Origin: Candidatus Latescibacterota bacterium
GTDB taxonomy: Bacteria; Latescibacterota; UBA2968; GCA-2709665
DNA: 64,000 nucleotides
Direction of reading: 5' to 3'
Assembly: GCA_965116875.1 (NCBI GenBank)
Contig: OZ220733.1
Coordinates: 2,176,001 to 2,240,000 of the forward strand
Part shown: positions 58,880 to 64,000 of the stretch, piece after piece
Layout of the letters: each line of letters opens with the position of its first letter
Numbering within the stretch: position 1 is the stretch's first letter
Translations under genes and position numbers: made by a program
The notes under the pieces: generated by a model
What the model saw: the letters and a program-made list of their open reading frames with translations, nothing else
Told to the model about the DNA's origin: nothing
The model's database searches: none

Positions 58880-59137
58880 TCAGGCTCCGCGGCAGGAAGT
58901 AGGTGCATCGTCGAAGAGGCGTGCTTTAGCGGCCTCGAGCACAGCTACTGCCGCTTCTCGGGAAACGGAGGGAAAGTCATCCAGAAAGTCATTGAGGGAA
59001 GAAGTTCCCTTCAGATAGCCAAATAAGTTCTGAACCGGAACCCGCGTACCGGCGAAAACGAGATCTCCGCTGTGAATTTCAGGATCACGTGAAACGACTT
59101 TCTGTAGGTCTATCGTGTTTCGTTCTCGATCCGCCAT
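58880..59137 (-). CDS. DUF433 family antitoxin (orphan)
   Basis: DPEIHSG..VFAGTRVPV..L...L......FL.DFP; no intact downstream toxin ORF. Confidence 0.88.
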   Translation of the reverse strand: MADRERNTIDLQKVVSRDPEIHSGDLVFAGTRVPVQNLFGYLKGTSSLNDFLDDFPSVSREAAVAVLEAAKARLFDDAPTSCRGA

Positions 59138-59195
59138 TGCGAAATCTCCGGTTTTAGTCGACTTGATTGCCTGACGTCTAAATTACCCTGAAAAT

Positions 59196-59737
59196 CACCG
59201 CTGTCCAAGAACCGTGGAATTCCTGGAGACGAGGATCGAAAAGTGGATTCGATTGGCGATTATGCACGGGGATGATCCCATGCTGCAGTAGATCCTTCGT
59301 CGGCCTGCTCTGCATGGCAGTGTGCTTTTACGTGTAACGGACGTGTTTCGCCGACGTCGTACGCAGGTCACTTCGACCCTTCGACAATCCTTCGGCAGGC
59401 TTGCTTCGACAGGCTCAGCACAAGCAGGGCAAGTCCTCTTGATGGCAGTTTTGGCGAAGGCGTGGGCTAAACGTTTCACCAGTGGCTATTGCAAAACATG
59501 TCATTCTGAGCGGAGTCGAAGAATCTCCCGTATTCTCGATTGGACGTGTCGCACATGCCCGTTGAAGACGAACCTGTGCGCGGACGTCTGGCCAGCCTTT
59601 CGACCTCCTCTGCATACCATTCGGGCTAACGTGTGAAGGATACATTTCGCTGATGGCCGTGGACGATTTTCCATCCGTACATTTCGCGCATTTTCGCGAC
59701 TTTCGTAGTGAATCAAACCCGTTCTTGGACAGGTGTG
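59196..59737. mobile_element. Non-autonomous transposon (MITE), 542 bp, with 9-bp target-site duplication
   Basis: 17-bp TIRs CACCGCTGTCCAAGAAC / GTTCTTGGACAGGTGTG (15/17), flanked by exact CCTGAAAAT at 59187-59195 and 59738-59746. Confidence 0.8.
59370..59530. repeat. REP-like palindromic elements inside the MITE
   Basis: CTTCGAC repeated, CTTCGACAGGCTCAG, TGTCATTCTGAGCGGAGTCGAAGAATCTC. Confidence 0.6.
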
Positions 59738-59819
59738 CCTGAAAATGTACGTTCGTCGAATCAAGATTCAAGGGTCCAGGAAAGCTATCCGAGAGGAATT
59801 CCGTTCTCCACTCGAAACA

Positions 59820-60560
59820 TTACCAGTGCGAATCCCCGAGGTGGCCCTTCATCGGGAGGCCGAGCGCACCGGCGATTCTTTCCGCGAAGGCGCGAACCCC
59901 CGGCAGTTCGGTATAGTTGTGCGAATACACCAATACGTTGACGTTGTTGTACTTCGCGTACTCCAGCAGGTAAAGATTCGTCTCCCCGGTGACGTAGAGG
60001 TCGATATCGTAACTCAGCGCATCTCTTACAAGCGTTGTATAGATTCCCGCGCCGGTTGCCGCTGCCACCCTCAGCACGGGATGGCCGGCGTCGTGCACTC
60101 TGCAGGGCTCTTCGGTCATCAGATACGAGAGTCTGTCGCGCAACGCCGCCAGGCCGACGGGCTCGCAGAGTTCCCCCACTCTCGCTTCCGCATGAGGCAA
60201 TACCGCCAAAGGCGCACAACCCAGTTCCGACAGCAGCGATGCAGACGTCCCGAAGTCCGCCAGGTCCAGCGGAAGATGCGCCCATACGTGCGTGAGTCCG
60301 CAATCCTTCAACAGGGACTGTACCTCCTCCCGCTGCTCAAACATGAAATCCCACGCGTCGTGATGCGTCACGATGAGGTCCACATTCCGATCGACCGCCG
60401 TCCGAATCGTCTCCGGCGTCATCGTGGTCGCATAGCCCACCGCGGACGGATGTCCACAATGATCGGCAATTCCCCATTCATCCGGGTGGTCGTCGAGCAA
60501 TTCCCTGCCGAACATGCCATCCAGTATTTCGCGGATCATAAGTTCGCCCCGGATGTTCAC
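59820..60560 (-). CDS. Nif3-like dinuclear metal centre protein
   Basis: LIVTHH, AHLPLD, ATGAG, YVTGE, SHNYTE.PG. Confidence 0.85.
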   Translation of the reverse strand: MNIRGELMIREILDGMFGRELLDDHPDEWGIADHCGHPSAVGYATTMTPETIRTAVDRNVDLIVTHHDAWDFMFEQREEVQSLLKDCGLTHVWAHLPLDLADFGTSASLLSELGCAPLAVLPHAEARVGELCEPVGLAALRDRLSYLMTEEPCRVHDAGHPVLRVAAATGAGIYTTLVRDALSYDIDLYVTGETNLYLLEYAKYNNVNVLVYSHNYTELPGVRAFAERIAGALGLPMKGHLGDSHW

Positions 60561-60663
60561 GGGTGAATCGGCTCCGCGCCCGTACTACACGAAACGTCGG
60601 ACGTCGAGCCGGACCGCCATGATCAACACACACAAGTGTGTGTGGTCTTATTTCTCCACTGCG

Positions 60664-61551
60664 TCACAGGACCATCCACACGCCACCCACGCAGAGTATC
60701 ACGCCCGCCACCAGCGGTAACGTCAGCTTCTCCTTCAGAAAGATGACGGACATCATCAGTCCCAGAACGGGTGACACGGACGCCAGCGTGGCCATCTTGG
60801 CGGGCCCGATCCGGGCGATCGCCATCACGTAGAGCAATGACCCGGCGCCCACGCCCACAATTCCGCTGGCGGCCACAACCAGCAGCGCCCGCCGGTCGAC
60901 GTCGCGGATGCGCATCACGGGTCCCGCCCACGCACGGGCGAGAAAGAGAACGGCGGCCGTGAGCGGCACGCGGACGCTGTTGGCCTGTACGGACGTCATT
61001 TGCGCGATCGCCGGTTTGAGCATCACCGTACTCAGGCCCCACAGCAGGCAGGCGAACAACGCGAGGGAAACGCCGAGAGCGAGCCGGTCTGGCCGCTCGC
61101 GCTCAGGTTGTCGAGACCGGCTCGAAAGAAAGACGACCCCCAACGCCACAAGGCAGATGCCAAGGAAGAAGCGCCGGCTGAACGGATTCTGCAGCAGCGC
61201 CCACTCAAAGAAAAAAGTGGACAGGGGGAAGGTCCCCGAGAGCGCCATCGCGCGCGATACCCCGATCTCCTTGATCGCCGCGAGGTACATGGTTTCGCCC
61301 ACGGCCATCCCGATCAGCAGGCCGCCCAGCAGGAGCGCCCACTCCGTTCCGGTTACCAGCGAATAGCTGGAAAGCGGCCGCCCGAACGGAAGCATCGCCC
61401 AGAAGAAGACCGTGGCCACGGCGCACCGGATGCCGTTCATCATCGCCGGCGGAATGGCCTGCGACTGCGTGCGGACCATCAGGCTGTTGACCGCCCAGAC
61501 CAACGAGCAGGACAGTCCGAAGATCTCACCCGCTGAGATTGAGAATCCCAA
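60664..61551 (-). CDS. DMT/EamA family transporter
   Basis: About ten TM helices in two EamA repeats; FLKEK motif. Confidence 0.88.
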   Translation of the reverse strand: MGFSISAGEIFGLSCSLVWAVNSLMVRTQSQAIPPAMMNGIRCAVATVFFWAMLPFGRPLSSYSLVTGTEWALLLGGLLIGMAVGETMYLAAIKEIGVSRAMALSGTFPLSTFFFEWALLQNPFSRRFFLGICLVALGVVFLSSRSRQPERERPDRLALGVSLALFACLLWGLSTVMLKPAIAQMTSVQANSVRVPLTAAVLFLARAWAGPVMRIRDVDRRALLVVAASGIVGVGAGSLLYVMAIARIGPAKMATLASVSPVLGLMMSVIFLKEKLTLPLVAGVILCVGGVWMVL

Positions 61552-61676
61552 TCATGTTCCCAAGAAAGGAAGACGTATCAATATACCTGGCAAGTACGGG
61601 GATGGGGAATCGCCGCAAAGGAAGCGGTGGGCCGGCGGGCCCGGCCAGACGTGGAACCTGTGCCGACCAGTGCCGG

Positions 61677-62084
61677 TCAGACCTCGTATTTGCGACTGAC
61701 GATGGGTACGCCGGGCTCGTTGGCGATCACGTAGAAGACCAGGTCTTCGGTGTCGCTGGCGTTCCGGATTCTGTGCCGGGTGCAGGCCGGCTGCATGAAG
61801 CAGTCTCCGGCGACGGCTTCGGTGGATTGCCCTTCACGATCCACCACGGCGCGGCCCGATACGACGATGAAGAACTCCCACATCCGGTCATGCGAATGTA
61901 CCGGACACGGGCGCGCACCGGGGGGCAGACGCGTCAGTTCCACGTCGAACGGATGCGGCGATTCCGGGGTATTTCCCAGGGCAACCGAGACATGGCGGCG
62001 ATAGCGTTCGTAGTTTCCGGTGCTCCACGTCCACTTCTGATGTTCTTCAGGCACGTCGTCCAGATTGATCTTCCAGGGAGTCAT
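61677..62084 (-). CDS. Cupin domain protein
   Basis: LPPG...PVHSH...EFF.V.SG; H.IRN. Confidence 0.88.
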   Translation of the reverse strand: MTPWKINLDDVPEEHQKWTWSTGNYERYRRHVSVALGNTPESPHPFDVELTRLPPGARPCPVHSHDRMWEFFIVVSGRAVVDREGQSTEAVAGDCFMQPACTRHRIRNASDTEDLVFYVIANEPGVPIVSRKYEV

Positions 62085-62339
62085 GAGTCAGACACCTCCA
62101 GGTGTGGTTGGGAGGACAATGCGTATCACTGAGCGTAGGCCTGCCGTCGGACATTCCGGGTAGGTCAACGATTTGATAACGTCATGCGGCGATGCCAGGT
62201 TTGTTTCTCGACGGTGAGTGCGAAATTTCCTGCGGGGATGGAGTTGATGACGTTAATGCGCGAGGAGAGTGAGCCGCTATCAACAATCTGGCGGACGTGT
62301 TAACCCGCGGCTACAAGGTACTGGCGAGGCTGGTAGTAT

Positions 62340-62527
62340 TCAGCCTGCGGTCGACTCTGACTGACCAACGTCTTCGATCCGCTTTCGCAGTAAGGAAGTA
62401 AATTCCCTTCGGCTCGTTTTTTCTCGCTCCGTAGTGTCTCGATATATTGCCGGCAGATTATAGTTGAATTTCCTCGTATCGCCTCGCGTTTCTTCCTGAA
62501 CTCCTCGACAATTGGATCTCGCCACAC
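62340..62527 (-). pseudogene. Frameshifted DPIVxE-family putative antitoxin
   Basis: MWRDPIVEEFRKKREA in one frame continues as KFNYNLPAIYRD in another; homologous to 9303-9497. Confidence 0.7.
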
Positions 62528-62739
62528 AACGTCATTGTTCCGATGGTACCTGGCCACGGATACGGATCCTTGCTTCCGTGACTGCCACTGATGTGGGAAT
62601 TCAGGATCTAAACACCATCCACGGCTGTACTTATCGGTCTACAACATCAATATGCCTGATTCCTCTGCGAAGTTTCCGCAGTAGTCTCTTCGCCAACTGT
62701 ATGGAGCAACTATACTGAGTCAGCTTACTCTTTGGCAGA

Positions 62740-63162
62740 CTAAGAATCCTCCGACTGCCTCAGGAATTCATCTGGAGTGAGAATCTCCATACCACGAAAG
62801 GGACTCAACGCCAGCATGTCGTCATCGCCACTGATGATAAAATCAGCTGCTCCACTTATCGCAAGTTCGAGGAACTTATCATCTTTGGGATCTCGGCAGA
62901 TCCTGATATGGGCATCAGGCTCAATGAATCTTGCCCGCCGTACCAACGCTTGAAGGAATTCGTCCCGCTCCTCTGCGGACACATATCGCCCAAACTTCGC
63001 CCGACTTATCACTTCGGCTATTTCCTCCAATGCTGGCATGGATAGCAATATCTGACCGTTTTGAAGCGCATTCCGAACCGCTTGACCGGGCTTCGAATTT
63101 TTAAAAATGAGCGCACTGACAAGGACGTTCGTGTCGAAAACATAGCGGGCATTACTGTTCAT
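62740..63162 (-). CDS. PIN-domain toxin (TIGR00305-like)
   Basis: VFDTNVLVSA, CRDPKDDKFLELA, IISGDDD, ILTP.EF. Confidence 0.92.
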   Translation of the reverse strand: MNSNARYVFDTNVLVSALIFKNSKPGQAVRNALQNGQILLSMPALEEIAEVISRAKFGRYVSAEERDEFLQALVRRARFIEPDAHIRICRDPKDDKFLELAISGAADFIISGDDDMLALSPFRGMEILTPDEFLRQSEDS

Positions 63163-63391
63163 TCAGGATGGACTCCAGAATCTCCGACGTCATGCCTCGC
63201 TCCTCTGCCTTGCGACTGATCTCGTCCATAACCACTTCAAGCGGCCGTTGCGCACGTCCCACATCGCTAAGCTTGAGGCTGAGCAGGGCATTCAACTTGC
63301 GTTGTTCCACGTCGCTGGCTGCCTCATAGGTCTGAGCCGCATCAGTGCTGACACGAATTCGAATCACTCTTGTTTCCATTCCGTTCTCCAT
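63152..63391 (-). CDS. Cognate antitoxin of the PIN toxin
   Basis: Small ORF overlapping the toxin start; MDEISRKAEERGMTSEILESIL. Confidence 0.75.
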   Translation of the reverse strand: MENGMETRVIRIRVSTDAAQTYEAASDVEQRKLNALLSLKLSDVGRAQRPLEVVMDEISRKAEERGMTSEILESILNEQ

Positions 63392-63620
63392 TTCGATTCT
63401 CAATCAAGCGAATCAGAAGAATGCAATCCAAATTTACCCTTACGATCCTCGATCAACAAGGCAAATCCCACGCCAACGGATTTTTCGGGTCCATTTTTGG
63501 CGGACTGCCAGAGTCCCGGGGAAAGGGCGAATGTGCAAATACTCGCTCAACGTCTTGCAAAGTTCGGATTCGAGAAAACAAGGTGACGCTCCACAACCAG
63601 TTACGTAGGTGTCATCCAAA

Positions 63621-64000
63621 TTAGACCGTCGAAGTCTGTTTTCTGTTCAGTTCTGTCAGTGACATCCTTCCATCAGGGTTCCGATACAGCCACATCCGCA
63701 TGTTCTTCTTGACGTTGGGCCACTCGCTGTCCATCAGCGCGTACCAGGCTGTGTCCCGGTTTCGTCCCTTGATGATCATGTGCTGTCTGAAAACCCCCTC
63801 GAACCGGAAGCCTAGACGCAACGCCGCCAATCGGGATCGCTCGTTCAGCGAATCGCACTTCCATTCGACCCGCCGGTATTCCAATCTGTCGAAGGCCTCG
63901 CAAAGCATCAGGTACACGGTCTCGGTGTTGACTCTCGACCGCTGGGAATCCGGCGAATACCAGATATGGCCCAATTCCAGACGTCGCATATCGGAAGCGA
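63621..64000 (-). CDS. RimJ/RimL-type GNAT acetyltransferase (5' part outside window)
   Basis: ELGHIWY, YRRVEWKCDSLN..S..AALRLGF.FEG.FRQH..KGRNRDTAWY. Confidence 0.9.
   Translation of the reverse strand, partial: ASDMRRLELGHIWYSPDSQRSRVNTETVYLMLCEAFDRLEYRRVEWKCDSLNERSRLAALRLGFRFEGVFRQHMIIKGRNRDTAWYALMDSEWPNVKKNMRMWLYRNPDGRMSLTELNRKQTSTV

Noticed and set aside
14280-60566. Many long antisense ORFs (e.g. 14280-15683, 18236-19705, 23855-25831, 33230-34591, 34662-36122, 42598-43836, 53168-54517)
   Set aside because: Shadow frames of high-GC genes on the opposite strand; no recognisable motifs.
62300-62315. TAACCCGCGGCTACA half REP-like motif
   Set aside because: No partner arm or second copy is visible in the window.

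Overview
Bacterial chromosomal window from a diderm organism: it encodes a TonB-dependent receptor, Lnt and secreted beta-propellers. The gene content loosely suggests an FCB-group or sponge-symbiont-like lineage, but that is inference only. There are three zones. (1) About 1-14.2 kb is a visibly lower-GC defence island: a fused restriction-modification enzyme, three unrelated proteins with HEPN-like RxxxxH motifs, a coiled-coil TIR protein, an orphan 443-aa protein, a DUF5131/TcmP pair, and a DUF4258 toxin whose YgiT-type Zn-finger partner runs into a HEPN-like domain. (2) About 14.3-58.2 kb is a GC-rich core of catabolic and housekeeping genes (enolase-superfamily pair, ggt, PhyH, TonB receptor, uronate isomerase-like, aminotransferases, PQQ-like propellers, hemL, uvrA, rfbBC, bioF, trmJ-like). 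(3) About 58.2-64 kb is a patch of TA modules, pseudogenes and a MITE. The most striking observation is a single 773-aa ORF fusing a complete apolipoprotein N-acyltransferase (Lnt) to a complete TatC. Also notable: a D-arm-less tRNA-Arg(TCG)-like sequence with its own promoter upstream of uvrA, two MITEs, and an 18-unit 8-bp tandem array before ggt. No CRISPR array, rRNA or intact transposase/integrase was seen. All family assignments come from motif recognition by eye, not database searches.
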